A stretch of DNA of 64,000 nucleotides. It comes from Selaginella moellendorffii. Its lineage: Eukaryota > Plantae > Lycopodiophyta. The stretch covers positions 186,001-250,000 of the forward strand of contig NW_003314334.1 in NCBI RefSeq assembly GCF_000143415.4, written 5' to 3'. The notes under the pieces are model-generated. The model was not told the DNA's origin, ran no database searches, and saw only the letters and a list, made by a program, of their open reading frames with translations. Below are positions 50,007 to 63,334 of the stretch, piece by piece. Position 1 is the stretch's first letter. The number at the start of each line of letters is the position of its first letter. The translations under genes and the position numbers were made by a program.

Positions 50007-53000
50007 TGTTAGGCGCCAGCTTTGACTACATAGTCGACTTCGGTCAAAGGGAGGCTCAAGGGTATATTAAGGCATGTTAGGGTAAGGGACTAAACCTACC
50101 CTAAGGCTCACAGTGGAGCTTTTGAGGTAGCTCGGGGGTGGTTGGGTGGTGAGGAACCTCAAGAGGTTGTGTAGTATAGTCTAGGGTGACTAGATCTCTA
50201 TCTTTTTGCGCCAAATCATAACATTGGTATCAGAGGAGTTGGTTGTGATGGCTGACCAAGCTGAATGTTGAAATCCTATTGTCGATGGTGGTGCTGACGA
50301 TGGTGCTGACGAAGCTGCAGAGATTTGGACCATTCAAGATGTGGTTTATGAGCTGTGAGCCCTTAATCGAAATCAGTAAGAAATGCAAGACAAGATGCAT
50401 GGCATGATGGATACCATGCGTGGGCGTGTTGAGGCACTTGAGGCTGGACGGGGTAGCGCTCCAAGTAAGCCTTCTTTGGTAGATCGACTCAAGATTCCAA
50501 CTTTTTCCTGTGATGGTGGTATGGACGAGTGTCTCGCTTGGCTAGCCAATGTGAAGAAGTTCTTGGTTGCTAGAGGAACTCCAGATGCTGAGGCTTTAGT
50601 GGCTATTCCGATGGTTTTGCATAATGCGGGTCTTCAATGGTGGAATTGGCTTGAGGAGTCCCGTGTTGTGGATAAGAAACCACCAGTGTTTACCATGGAT
50701 GAGTTTGAGGCTGCTTTCTATTTACGTTTTGCCCCTCATTATGACGTGGAGAATGCTCGTATAGAACTTCGACATTTCCAGCAAGGGAAATGACACTCGG
50801 GGACTATATTGAGAAGCTTACTCACTCGATTAGTCGTGTTCCAACGAAGGATCCAGATCAGAACAAGTCCTACTTCATTGATGGCCTACATAGTGAGAGC
50901 ATGCGGCAACACTTGCGTCATTCTCAGCCTACAAAGAGTTTGGAGGAGCTCTTTGATGCAGCTCGTCGACTTGACAATGACAAGCACAAGTCTCGCAAGC
51001 GTTCGTGGAGTCCTTCTGCCGAGATTCGTCGTGATGATCGCCGTGGACACAAGGATGGGAACAAGCATCACAAGTTGAAGTCAGTGGTGACTACTTCAGA
51101 TGCAAAGGGGTCCAAGAAGCAGAAGTTCTTTGTGAAGAATTATAGACAGGGTTGTCATCATTGCAGCGAACTTGGACACTACAAGACTGATTGTCTGCAA
51201 TTGAAGAACAAGCAGCAGGACAAAAAGAATGGCCAATCTTCTTCTCACGGTAAGTCAGATACTAAAAAGTTGCAAACTTTACAGTGTGAGGATGAGGAGA
51301 ATGACCATTCCGGTCGGAGAAAGTGACTTTCGATCGTTGCTCGTTAGCTCAACTGTGTGTGGAACAAGACTGGATAGTGGAAGCGATGACAACTTTGTTT
51401 TGGCAAAATTTGTTGCGGAGCATAGCCTGGTCACACGCGGTGTTATTCCATACACAGTGGAAGGTGTAACTACCTCTACTTAGCATTTTGATGCTTGTGT
51501 CGAGGGGCTAGAAGTGTTGGTTGGCAAAACCACACTTGTGGAGACTTTTTATCTCGTGGATATCCATCGTGTGGATTTTATTCTCAGGATGCCATGGTTG
51601 GTGAAGGTGGATCCAGAGATAAAGTGGAGTATTAAGCGTATCTTGCTAAAGTATGGTGGCGTTAAAGATGTGTGGTTTGGCGAGGGCGTTCAACCACCAG
51701 TTGTTATGCTCTCTACTACATCTTTGAAGCGGGCTTGTCGTAATGGAAAAACACTTTCGAGTTACTTGCTGTTTGTTCGTGACTTGGGGGACCAAGGCCC
51801 GTGTGGGGGAGAAGCAGTAGTACGGGATGTACTAGACGAGTTTTCTAATGTTTTTCCACATGAACTTCCTCATGGGTTGCCTCCATTACGAGGTGTGGAG
51901 CTTTTGGATTACATTGGAGCTGGGGATGCGGCCAATTTACTAGCGTCCATTTCGGTTAAGTTATGCAGAGGAGCAAGAAGTTCAACGACTAGTCAAGGAG
52001 TTACTTGAATTTGGATTTATTCAACTAAGTAAGTCTCCGTTTGGTGCTCCAATTTTGCTTGTGAAGAAGAAGGACAGTTCAATGCGGATGTGTATTGACT
52101 ATCGCGCTTTAAACAAAAAGACAGTGAAGGATAAGATGCCGATGCCATGTGTGGATGATATCCTAGACAAGCTTGGTGAAGCACGAGTGTTTACCAAGAT
52201 TGATCTGAGGAGTGGATATCATCAAATTGTAATGGATGATGCATCTATCTCCAAGACGGCATTCAACACAAGCTTCAGACATTTTGAGTTTACAGTTATG
52301 CCGTTTGGTTTGACGAATGCACCGGCCACATTTACTCGGTTGATGACAGAGGTATTCGGGCATTATCTTCATGAGTTTGTGGAGATTTTCTTGGACGATA
52401 TTCTTGTTTTTAGCAAAAATATGGAGGAGCATAGGGTGCATTTGCGCAAGGTTCTTTTGTTACTTCGAGACAGCAAACTTTATGTGAAGAAGAGCAAATG
52501 TGAATTTGCAAAGTCGGAGGTGGAATATCTAGGCCATATTGTGACATCTAAGGGTGTCAAGATGGATCTAAGGAAGGTGGCTGTGGTGGAAAATTGGCCT
52601 ACACCAACTACAGTGTCCGAGTTGCACAATTTTCTTGGTATGGCTAGTTACTACCAACGTTTCCAGCATAAGTTTGCCGAAGTGGCTATTCCTTTGACGC
52701 GATTGTTACGCAAGAATGTGCCATTCGAGTGGAAGAAGCCACAAGAGGAGACTTTTATGGCGCTGAAATGATTGTTGAGCGAGACTCCAGTGCTTCGCAT
52801 TGCTGATCCATCGAAACTTTACGAGGTGACATGTGATGCGAGTGGTTATGCACTAGGAGGAGTTCTCATGCAAGAGGGCCAGCCTATTGCATATGAGAGT
52901 CAAACTTTGAATTCTGCGGAGCAACACTATTCCCATATGAGCAAGAGTTACTCTCTATTGTTCATGCTTTGCGGACATGGCGGCACTATCTTTATGGTGC

Positions 53001-54746
53001 AGTGTTCGTGGTGTTGACAAATCACAAACCACTTGTGTGTCTTTTCACACAGAAGGAGTTGAACACTAGGCAAGCTCGTTGGATGGTCAAACTCATGGAG
53101 TTTGGGGAGTTTCCTATTGAGCATCATCCGGGAAAATCAAATGTGGTGGCAGATGCTTTATCTCGTGTTCATCATGTGACAACATTACAAACACACTTTT
53201 GTCATCATTTGAGTAAGGTGGTCAGCGAGTTTGAGCAGTTGGTTGAGCATGCTCAGGCTCAGGATGCTGAGGTGGCCTTTTTGTGAGACCAAATGGAAGT
53301 TCCTTTCTCATTGGTGGATGGGATTCTCTACTACAATGGCCGTGTATATTTGCCACGGGTGGATGTGTTAATTACTCACGTTTTATTCCACTATCATGAT
53401 CATCTAGAGGTCAGTCATTTTGGGGGGAAGAAGACGTATGAGTTGATTAAGTGCAACTTTTATTGGAGGAATATGAAGGCTGATATCCTCAAGTATTGTA
53501 AATCATGCGAGCTTTGTCAGCGGGTTAAGGTGCCACGGGAGAAGCTGGGGGGACTTTTGCAACCTTTACCTATTCCTCAAAGCCGTTGGTATAGTATCTC
53601 TATGGACTTCATCACTTGTTTGCCACGAACACAGAGGCAAAAGGAACAAGTATGGGTCATGGTGGATCGGTTAACGAAGTATGTATGGTTGTTGGCTCTT
53701 CGGAACACTGTCACTGCCTCAGACTTGGCTGCAGTTTACTTGGAGAAGGTTTTTCCTGATTTTGGTTTGTCAGAGGACATCATTAGTGATCGAGATTCAA
53801 AGTTCACCAGTGGATTTTGGAAAAGCTTTGCAAAGGTTATGCAAGTGACTTTGAAACTCTCAAGTGGAGATCATCCTCAGACGGATGGGCAAACCGAGTG
53901 TGTGAATCAGGTGGTAGGATATGCTACGTTGTAGTATTGGTCAAAGGCAAGGACAGTGGGATTTATATCTTCCGTTAGTGCAATTTGCTTACAACAATAG
54001 CCAACATAGTGGAACCAAGCTAAGTCCTTACTTTGCCATGTTTGGAAAGCTTCCTCGAACAGCGGTGGAGTTGGGATTGCATTTGAGTCAGGACGTTCAA
54101 GATAAGCTTGATTCTGAGGCAACTAATCTAGCCACAGAACTTGATGAGATTCTGGTGGTGTGTAAGCAGAATTTGCAAGCAGCTCAGGATAGAGTGGAGA
54201 AGTTTGCCAATGAGCATCGCCAATTCCGGGAATATAAGGTGGGTGATCTCGTCTTTGTGTGAGTGATCTTTTCGTCAAGTGAGCGACGGAACACCTTAGT
54301 GCCTTTACGAACAGGGAAGAGTGATAAACTTTCCTATCGATATGCTAGTCCATATGAAGTGCTGGAGCGCATTGGTAAAGCGGCTTATAGGGTGTGGCTG
54401 CCAGCTGGGGTGAAAATTCATCCAGTATTTTATGTCAGCTAGTTGAAAGGTGTACTATCTCGGAGTGACGGGCCCAATGCCTCCTTGATGTATACGACTG
54501 TGGAAGATGGACCAAGAGCTTGAGCAAGGTTCCCCAGAAAGGGTGATCACCGGTACAACTCGTCCTTGGGACAAGGACTTTGTTGGGGGGGAAGAATTGT
54601 TAGGCGCCAACTTTGACTACGTGGTCAACATCGGTCAAAGGGAGGCTCAAGGGTATATTAAGGCATGTTAGGGTAAGGGACTAAACCTACCCTAAGGCAT
54701 AGTCTAGGGCGACTAAATCTCTGTCTTTTTGCACCGGAGTATAACA
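50007..54746 (+). mobile_element. Decayed full-length Ty3/Gypsy LTR retrotransposon
   Basis: 5' LTR 50007-50223 and 3' LTR 54598-54746 (TG..CA; the 3' LTR lacks ~68 bp). tRNA-iMet PBS TGGTATCAGAG at 50225; PPT at ~54585-54596; imperfect TSD GGTTT/GATTT. Confidence 0.93.
50383..54520 (+). pseudogene. Disrupted gag-pol: CCHC knuckle, protease, RT, RNase H, integrase
   Basis: CHHCSELGHYKTDC, LDSG, RMCIDYR..DLRSGYHQ..MPFGL..FLDDIL, CDASG, H..H..C..C, SDRD, HPQTDGQTE, HPVFYVS. Gypsy domain order with multiple stops and frameshifts; no chromodomain recognisable. Confidence 0.92.
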
Positions 54747-54751
54747 GATTT

Positions 54752-56059
54752 ATTCAGCCATTCAGTTCATTTAGTGTTTTCTTTCCAAATTTATTTATAG
54801 CAAAAAGTTTTCTATTATTTTCTTCGTATTGATTGATATAGGCTTAAGTTTATCTTTTATTGTTTGGCCTATTGCCACATGTTTTTGTCTACATTTGTGT
54901 CGTGGAATAAAGCCAATTTTCATTCTTTCTGGCAATGGTTATACATACATATATATATGGGATGAAACAAACCTAGTTGTGCATATAAGCAATCTTGAGC
55001 TTGAGCTTTAGTCATTGCAAATGATGCTGAGTCAAGCTTTTAACCTCATTTTTAATATGGATTGGTTGCAATATAATTATGCCAAGTGTGACTTTGAGGT
55101 TTTTCCCCCTTGTCTCATACTTCTTTATATTTCTTTTATTCTTACTTCTGTATTTCTTTGTCCTTTTGCTTTTACCTTTGCTTCTATCACTTTTCTCTCC
55201 CTATTACTTGCTATTATGTTTCCATTTTGTTCCTTTATTCCCTCTTTAAATCCCTTTAATGGTTTTTGTGTTCCAGCAATTGACTAGCTCATGAAGGAGT
55301 ATACCAATTTCTTTAAATTTGATTTGTCATCTAGGGCTAAGATTGTAACATGTAATCCTATTCCAATTGGGGATGCCTATCTAATCATGGTTCTTGTTTG
55401 TTGTTGATCACCAAAGGAAATTAAGATTTTAAGTGAAAATGTCAAGAAGATATTGAAAAAAGGTGTTATCCGAAAATCGTATAATTCTTGGGTGTGTAAA
55501 CTTTATTTTGTGACAAAGTCCAATAGGTGTATTCATTTCTACATTGACTATTGTTTGTTAAACAAAAGTGACTATCTTGGATGTATACCCTCTTCCTCAC
55601 ACTATTATTCTCTTATATCATTCCAAGTTAAATCTTGTTTCTGGGTACTAACAAGTGCTAATGATTAAGAAGGATGTTCCCAAAACTTCTTTTCGTACAT
55701 CATTTGGTTTGTATAAGTTTTTTATAATGCCATTCGGTTTGAACAATACTTTAGTAATTTCACATTCAACTTGATTCACTAGAGAAGTGTTTCTTGTGAA
55801 AGAGCACAATAGTGCTAGGACTGTTATCCAGTCTAGTTTAGCGTTAAAGTTTAACATTTTTTTGATACAAGATGAGAAGTTTTCTCCTTTTTTTTTATCC
55901 ACTTGATCAAACACTGACTTTCTCTTTTGTTCTAATATAACATTATCAATAAACGATATCACGCTTTGGCAAGGCACCAAATTGGCCTCTTCAAATCATC
56001 AGATTCGTTTTGTAACTAGATCAATTAAGCGGGATAGGTATAATAACTTCATGGCTATA
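54752..56059 (+). mobile_element. Remnant protease and RT of the older Ty3/Gypsy host element
   Basis: LIDIGLSLSFI (protease DTG-like), FNLIFNMDWL, KKGVIRKS..W..FVTK..FYIDY..LNK, KTSFRTSFGLYKF.IMPFGL. Confidence 0.75.
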
Positions 56060-57211
56060 TGTCGCGAATGTGACTTCAGGTATCAAAACTTACCTGTCGA
56101 CTAGTCCTTACGGACACTCTTTCCTTACTGCCACGATGGCAGGAGGTCAGTATTGCTGGACCCTTTATCAGTCCCTCTTGTGCTAGTGGAGTTAACTGGG
56201 CATTTCGAGTGTACTTAGACCGGACGAGCATAAGGACGGAATTCCTACGTGTTATTAGCTAAGCATACTTAGCCCGGTAAGGAGTTCCCGTCTCGTTATG
56301 TCTTGCACTGGCTAGTGACAAGAACCCTCGCGTATTGAGATTGGTCCCTCAATATCGCTACATGATAGCTTACCGTGTCTGCCAAACACCCTCGCTATCA
56401 TGCCCTTTGTGTTAGTCTCATTTCGGTCCCAAATGCTAATTATGGAAAGTGTCCAGATTTGCTCATTTGGCATACCTACGGAATGTAGAGATCGGCCTGA
56501 ACACAATGGTGTTCGTCCCATGTCCAAATTCACAATCTAGGGACATTCCATATTTAGTAAGTTTCGAGCTTGTCCCAGAGACTAACTCCTGATACTAAGG
56601 GAGGCTTGGGGTGAAAGCCCAAAGCGTGTGTTCCTCAAGGGGGGGGGGGGGGGGCTATGGGGGGTTCCAAATGTATAGTAGGGATAGTGGGTAGGTCGGG
56701 CATGGCCGACCAACTTGAGGCATAGTCTAGCTCCCGCTTGCGTGCCTGTCCTTGTTCTGCGTCCGGCTTGGGTCTAAGCCCAAGTTCCATTCCATGCTAG
56801 CTGGTGGAGTACCCATGTCCTCACGTTAGGCCACCGGTATGCCAAAATAGCGCCAAACTCCGTTTGGCTCCGTTTTGCGTGCTGGTCCTGGCATTGGGAT
56901 GCTGGTTGCTCTAGGACTGTTCCAAGTCGCTCCGGGCTCCTGTCCCTTCGCTCCTTGGGCTATATGCTCGGGAGTTGCTCCGTGGTTCGGTTCCATCACT
57001 CCTTGGCTCCACGCTTGGGAGTTTGGCACCGTTCCTTCGTTCAGTGGCCCAAGGCCCTGAACCTCGGGTTCCTATGGACACGTGGCATGGACACGTGGCA
57101 TGTGACACGTGGCATCTGTCACGTGGCACAAAGAGGGTTTAGGTTCCGCTTCGTGGTGTTATCCTATGGTAAATCACCATAGGATAAAGGGTCAAAACCA
57201 CGTGCGTTACA
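56060..57211 (+). mobile_element. LTR 1 (1152 bp) of a young non-coding LTR element
   Basis: TGTCGCG..GTTACA followed by PBS TGGTATCAGAG at 57214; nearly identical to 62189-63334. Confidence 0.95.
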
Positions 57212-60200
57212 TTTGGTATCAGAGGAAGAGTCTCAGCGAGTACTATTCAATGAGATTGGGCAACTAGTCTCGTTGCATACGCAAAGATGAAAACGATGAT
57301 CCGAGTGGGTACACGTTTTGGTGCAAAGACTTCGCAATGGTTCCTTGGGTATGGATATTGTTACCTTATTGTACCTTATGATGTGAGCTTGCGCTTGGGC
57401 TCATAGGATGGATTTGAGTTGTTCCGGTAGCATGAGTTTAAGCTTGAGCTCGTGAGTGAGGCACATTAGCAACTCGAGGTTACACTTTGAGTTGGCAGGA
57501 TTAATATTTGCCTATCGATGGTTCCATGAGTTGTTCCATGTACCGTGGGTGAAAGTAAACTTTCCCTGAGTTTGCTATGAGTGGCAAATAGGCTGGTCCG
57601 TAGCTGTTTAGCACGACACTAGTGGATCCTTCCTAGGCATGTTTACAAGTGGATCAATCAAGACTATAGGGATTAGTCTATTGGTTCAAGTAGTCATGGC
57701 CGTGCTTTCTCATAAACTTTTCTTGGATTGAACTGAAGGCAGTGCGAAAGCAAGCTTGAGGTTTAGTCAAGATGAGGCCGGAAAGAGAGTCGTCAGGGAC
57801 GAAGGATCAAATACGTAAATCATTTTCTCTTCTTGGAGAGATGATTTGCAACGAGGTGTTAACTCATTGCTTGTGTTCACATTATGCAATCAAGAGTCCC
57901 TACCTTGATGCATGTTGGAGATGGTGGTCTTACAATGGTGAGTTGTGGGATGGATAGCAGTAAAGCGCTAAACCATTTTGTCTAAGCTTGCTATTGGAAG
58001 ACTTGGGTTGCAATGCTCGATTCTTTTCTAGGGAACCTTGCTATTGCTCCTTGAGTAGCTTGGTGTTGGATTAGTTTTGAGTTTGGTCGGAAAGAGAGTG
58101 GCATGAGCTTGTCCATGTTGTGAACAAAAGTTAGTGGTGTTGGGTGTTGTAAATCTCTATTGATAGGGTGTGGCATTTATGTTGCATTTTGTTGAATTGA
58201 GTTAGCACTTGATATTCACATAAACCTTTACAGTAGTGACATGGGCATTTCTCATAGTGTTGCTTGATTGATGATCAAGTCATTGTGATTTATATCATAT
58301 CCACGTGATAATAAGCAATGTGTTTACGAAGTTGCTTGGGTAAATGATGATCAACCCCAAAGTGGTTGATAGTGAAGCTAGTCTACTTGTACGAAGTAGC
58401 ATTGTAGTAGCTTTGACTAGATTCTCAATGGTGGTCCATTATGCTAAGCTTAAGTTGGTACCTTGTTTCCTTGAGTTTACCCATAAGGTGTTGGAAAAGG
58501 GTTATAGCATTCACTTGCTATGACTTGTCGGTTGATCCGTTAGCACTTGGAGTAGATTGTTGGATGGAGAAGATGTGTAATTGGGGCATTAACATCACTA
58601 GCACTTGTGTTAGTGGAGGTGGCATTGTTATTTCAAGTGATGAGGAAGTTTCCTTGGACCTTGATTTTCCATGTCATTTTTCTTGTTAGTGTTTTGGCTT
58701 CACATTAGATCTTGAAGGTGGTTGAAGAAGAGTGTTAGTGCAATGTGGATATCCAAAGATGTGGTCTTCGTGATCAAGCCTTGGATGTTCATTTTGCACT
58801 TTGCGGAAGTTCGATGCTGGTTAAATGGGCAAAGATGTTCGATGCTTAAGCATGCTATATGGGTCATGAGAATTGGTGTTGAGGTGAACCTGTGTGAAGT
58901 TGTTAGTAGGAGGAAGTTGGTTGAGTCTTGAAAGTTTGCATTCCTGGACTAAGAGTCATTCTTTCTCTAGGATGGAAATTTTCCACAAATTTTCTTAGAC
59001 TTTTCCAATGGCTGATCTGTCGGTCACTTTGCTCGAAAACCAGTCCATTTTCGTAAACCAGTATAAACTAGTGAAGAGGTTGGAGTTGACTTTGGTTGGC
59101 TTGAACCTTAGTAAATAGTTTGTATGATGCGGCCTGAAAGGGATGCTAACTTTTGGGGCTAAGGCAATTGAGTTGGATAGAGTCTAGAGTTGATATAAAA
59201 AAGTGGCCGTTGCACTTTTCTCAGAAAGGTGACCCTTGTACCTTTCTTTTGTAGCGTGGTGCTTGGTGGTAGATTGCACCTTGCATTACGTTAGACTCTA
59301 TGAGAGTAGTGAGCTCTCAGTGATCTTGACTTAGTCTTGGTAGCCCTGCACCTTGGCTGAGGATGGTGATGTCCAACTTAGTTGTTTGAGGTTGAGATGT
59401 TAGTACCCGTACTATAGCTTTGTCTATGAGGAGGTTGTGTACCGATATGAGTTCATCTCATGGTCTTCACTTTCGTTTCGGCTGAGTGTTGATCATGCAT
59501 AGCTAGCCTCTTCAAGGCATTCTCAGAGCTAGTGGCTAAATGCATTAGTGAGCTTATTGCGGTTGAGTTGGATTCGAGTGGTCATTTAATTTGTGCTTGT
59601 CTATGAACTTTTATCTTGTACCTGAGGTATCACGTTCATGTTGGACAAGTATATAACTTGATGACAAGAGTTAGTGTTCGGGTCTTGTGAAGGCAAGTTG
59701 AAGGGTGATTGTTAGTTGCTTTGCGACTAGTGATTACTTGTAGACTTTGTAAAAAAAAAAGACTGTTGATACTTGCTTTGCTCGATGATGATTTAGCAGT
59801 GATGGGCTTGCTTTACTGGATGGTGTTGCGGAGGATCGTGTCATTAGACTTACATGAGTTTTTTTCATGTTGGCATGTCGACTCTACCTCTGTTGATATC
59901 ATTTGGTTACATTTCGTCCGTAGTGTTAGATTTCATTGAGTCTTGGACGTGGTAAATCACTCCTTGATGAAGTGTTATCTGTGACTGAGTATTGTTAGAG
60001 GATTGCTCTCGGATACTGAGTAAAGTATCTCCGACTTTGGTTAGCTTGGTTGCTAGAGAGTTTTGAGTGGTGATTCACTCTTGCTTTCTGCTAGCTTTGT
60101 TCTGTTGTTGATGGCATTGAAGTGATGCCTTGTCGTTGACATTATTGAGGTTGAGATTCAAAGTGAAATGAGATGTCTCTCCTTAGGATTGATATTGAGT

Positions 60201-62188
60201 TTCATTAGTCTTGATAAATATAGTGTTGATGATTTGGGTATAGCTTTGTGTTGTTGGCATTCGTGCATTTGCTAGTTAGCAACTGTGTTGACGTTCAAAC
60301 GAACTGAGTGGCAAGTTGAGTTAGTTGTGTTTTAGACGAGATTATTTAGTAGAGGGTTGAGCTTTAGCTTTTCCTTGAAAAGTGATTTAGTCGTGGACTA
60401 TGCTAACTCTACGAGAAGAAGAGTTAGTGATCGATATTAGAATGTTGAGTCCTTGCTGGATTTGAGTTCGGGATATAGCAATCATTAATGATTCTTTTTG
60501 GGCTTGTTATGAAGTGAGTTATGTCTTGTTATAGATGGATACATGGAGGATCGTTTGATGATCACTTGTTGAGCATAGCTTCGTTATACTTAGCTTTTGG
60601 ATTGATGCAAATATGCTCTTCATTAGCTTTGGCATTATGAAGTTTGGCTTATGGATGTGTTGAGGAAACTATTGTGGGTTGCACCATGATTTCTTCTTTA
60701 GCATTGAAGTTAGCTTTTATGAGACTTGTGCTCATTATTAGGCAAGACTTGGCTATAGACTCCTTCAAGCTTTTGGTTCTTTGAGTTTTATGCTCATTAT
60801 TCCATTTGTTAGAAGTTGTTGGGGAAGGCATTTTGGCTTGTTAGCTTTGATGTTGAAGTTAGTATTTGCATCTAGCAATCATTAGTAATGATTGACTATC
60901 ATTTAGGATGATTGATTCTCATTATCAAAGGTTTTGCTTGATTATCGTTGATCTAGAATGATTTGCTATTCTTTGGGATGGTGGATTCCTTCTTAGACGA
61001 TGATTTTGCATCTCTTTATTGATGGGATGATTGATGATCTTTCATGATGGTTAGTTGTTCTCTTTGATGGCTTTTTGCATTACCACATGTTCTTTGTGGT
61101 TTGCCTTGGATTGGTCTCTTGGGTTTGAGACATCAATAGGATGTTGCTGACACTTGCTTAGGCAACTTGAGTTCCTTGGTATTATTGGTTGGGATCTATC
61201 TGGATTGGCTAGTGCAATGGTTGATATGAACAAGCGTTTGTTTGCTTTGCAACATTTATTTTGTTTCATTGATTATTGCTCGAGTTAGTTCTCATAGATT
61301 AGGATGTTATTTCCTTCGGGTGATACATTCGCGAGCATTGTGCTTGTTAGTCAATAATACTTTGTGTTCTTTGAGTTGTGCTTTGTGAGTTGTTTGGCAT
61401 GCTATCTGCCATTTTCGGTAGTTAAGTTTTATCATTGAGTTTCCTTGATGATCTACTTGCTATTGAATTTTGTTGAATGGTGATTTCTATGTTTACCAAT
61501 TATAGTGATCTTAGTGGTTCCTATACTATAATACTAGTTTATCAGATGATAACTTACTTGGAATACTTTTGTGTTCTAATCTAAGATATAATCACTAGTA
61601 ATTAAGCTTCTCAGATATCATTGTCTCTGACTTTGATATTGTCCATCCATTGATCTTTGCGTTTGGGCCAGTATAGGTAGACTGGCTTCGGCACTTCGTG
61701 TGCATGGTGAAATGTCTAGTCATGGGGTAGCTACTGTCGACTGGTCACATAACCCGCCTCTTTGTCGATGTTCCTTATTTCGTTGAAAGGGCGTGACCGT
61801 GTAAACAACTCTAACTGCCTGTTTACAGTAGTCTATCTAAACCTTACCGACGGGTTTGGTTTCTTTGCTTAGGAGGGTTGGGGCCTCTGGCTTCTCTCTC
61901 TATGTTCCTGCGGGCAGGGGCATATCACACTTTTGTAAGCTGGGTGACTCCCAGAGCAGCAAGGGTGGCTGACTCCATTGGTCATTTCTTTGTCGGCGAC
62001 GGCCGGAAGGTGTCTGAGCTGGTAGCGCATCCGCGTTAGACAAAGAGGTTCCCCCTAACTCATTTAAGTTGGTGCATTTCTCACATAGTGTGAGTACCGT
62101 GAACTTTTTCTGGAGTTGTTTCCTTGGCGGTATTCTAGACTTGAGTGTGCATCGACGAGGACGTCGATCTTCCCCAAGGGGGGGAGAG
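57212..62188 (+). mobile_element. ~5-kb non-coding internal region (LARD-like non-autonomous element)
   Basis: Bounded by the PBS and the PPT AAGGGGGGGAGAG. No ORF over 100 aa and no recognisable gag/pol motifs; strongly T/G-skewed. Confidence 0.85.
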
Positions 62189-63334
62189 TGTCGCGAATGT
62201 GACTTCGGGTATCAAAAGTTACCTGTCGACTAGTCCTTACGGACACTCTTTCCTTACTGCCACGATGGCAGGAGGTCGGTATTGCTGGACCCTTTATCAG
62301 TCCCTCTTGTGCTAGTGGAGTTAACTGGGCATTTCGAGTGTACTTAGACCGGACGAGCATAAGGACGGAATTCCTACGTGTTATTAGCTAAGCATACTTA
62401 GCCTGGTAAGGAGTTCCCGTCTCGTTATGTCTTGCACTGGCTAGTGACAAGAACCCTTGCGTATTGAGATTGGTCCCTCAATATCGCTACATGATAGCTT
62501 ACCGTGTCTGCCAAACACCCTCGCTATCATGCCCTTTGTGTTAGTCTCATTTCGGTCCCAAATGCTAATTATGGAAAGTGTCCAGATTTGCTCATTTGGC
62601 ATACCTACGGAATGTAGAGATTGGCCTGAACACAATGGTGTTCGTCCCATGTCCAAATTCACAATCTAGGGACATTCCATATTTAGTAAGTTTCGAGCTT
62701 GTCCCAGAGACTAACTCCTGATACTAAGGGAGGCTTGGGGTGAAAGCCCAAAGCGTGTGTTCCTCAAGGGGGGGGGGCTATAGGGGGTTCCAAATGTATA
62801 GTAGGGATAGTGGGTAGGTCGGGCATGGCCGACCAACCTGAGGCATAGTCTAGCTCCCGCTTGCGTGCCTGTCCTTGTTCTGCGTCCGACTTGGGTCTAA
62901 GCCCAAGTTCCATTCCATGCTAGCTGGTGGAGTACCCATGTCCTCACGTTAGGCCACCGGTATGCCAAAATAGCGCCAAACTCCGTTTGGCTCCGTTTTG
63001 CGTGCTGGTCCTGGCATTGGGATGCTGGTTGCTCTAGGACTGTTCCAAGTCGCTCCGGGCTCCTGTCCCTTCGCTCCTTGGGCTATATGCTCGGGAGTTG
63101 CTCCGTGGTTCGGTTCCATCACTCCTTGGCTCCACGCTTGGGAGTTTGGCACCGTTCCTTCGTTCAGTGGCCCAAGGCCCTGAACCTCGGGTTCCTATGG
63201 ACACGTGGCATGGACACGTGGCATGTGACACGTGGCATCTGTCACGTGGCACAAAGAGGGTTTAGGTTCCGCTTCGTGGTGTTATCCTATGGTAAATCAC
63301 CATAGGATAAAGGGTCAAAACCACGTGCGCTACA
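62189..63334 (+). mobile_element. LTR 2 (1146 bp), shared between two tandem units
   Basis: Preceded by a PPT and followed by a PBS. Differs from LTR 1 by about ten substitutions (counted by eye) and a G-run of 10 vs 16. Confidence 0.95.

Noticed and set aside
56312-57182. 60-75 aa ORFs identical in both LTRs
   Set aside because: Identity reflects LTR duplication; no coding signature.
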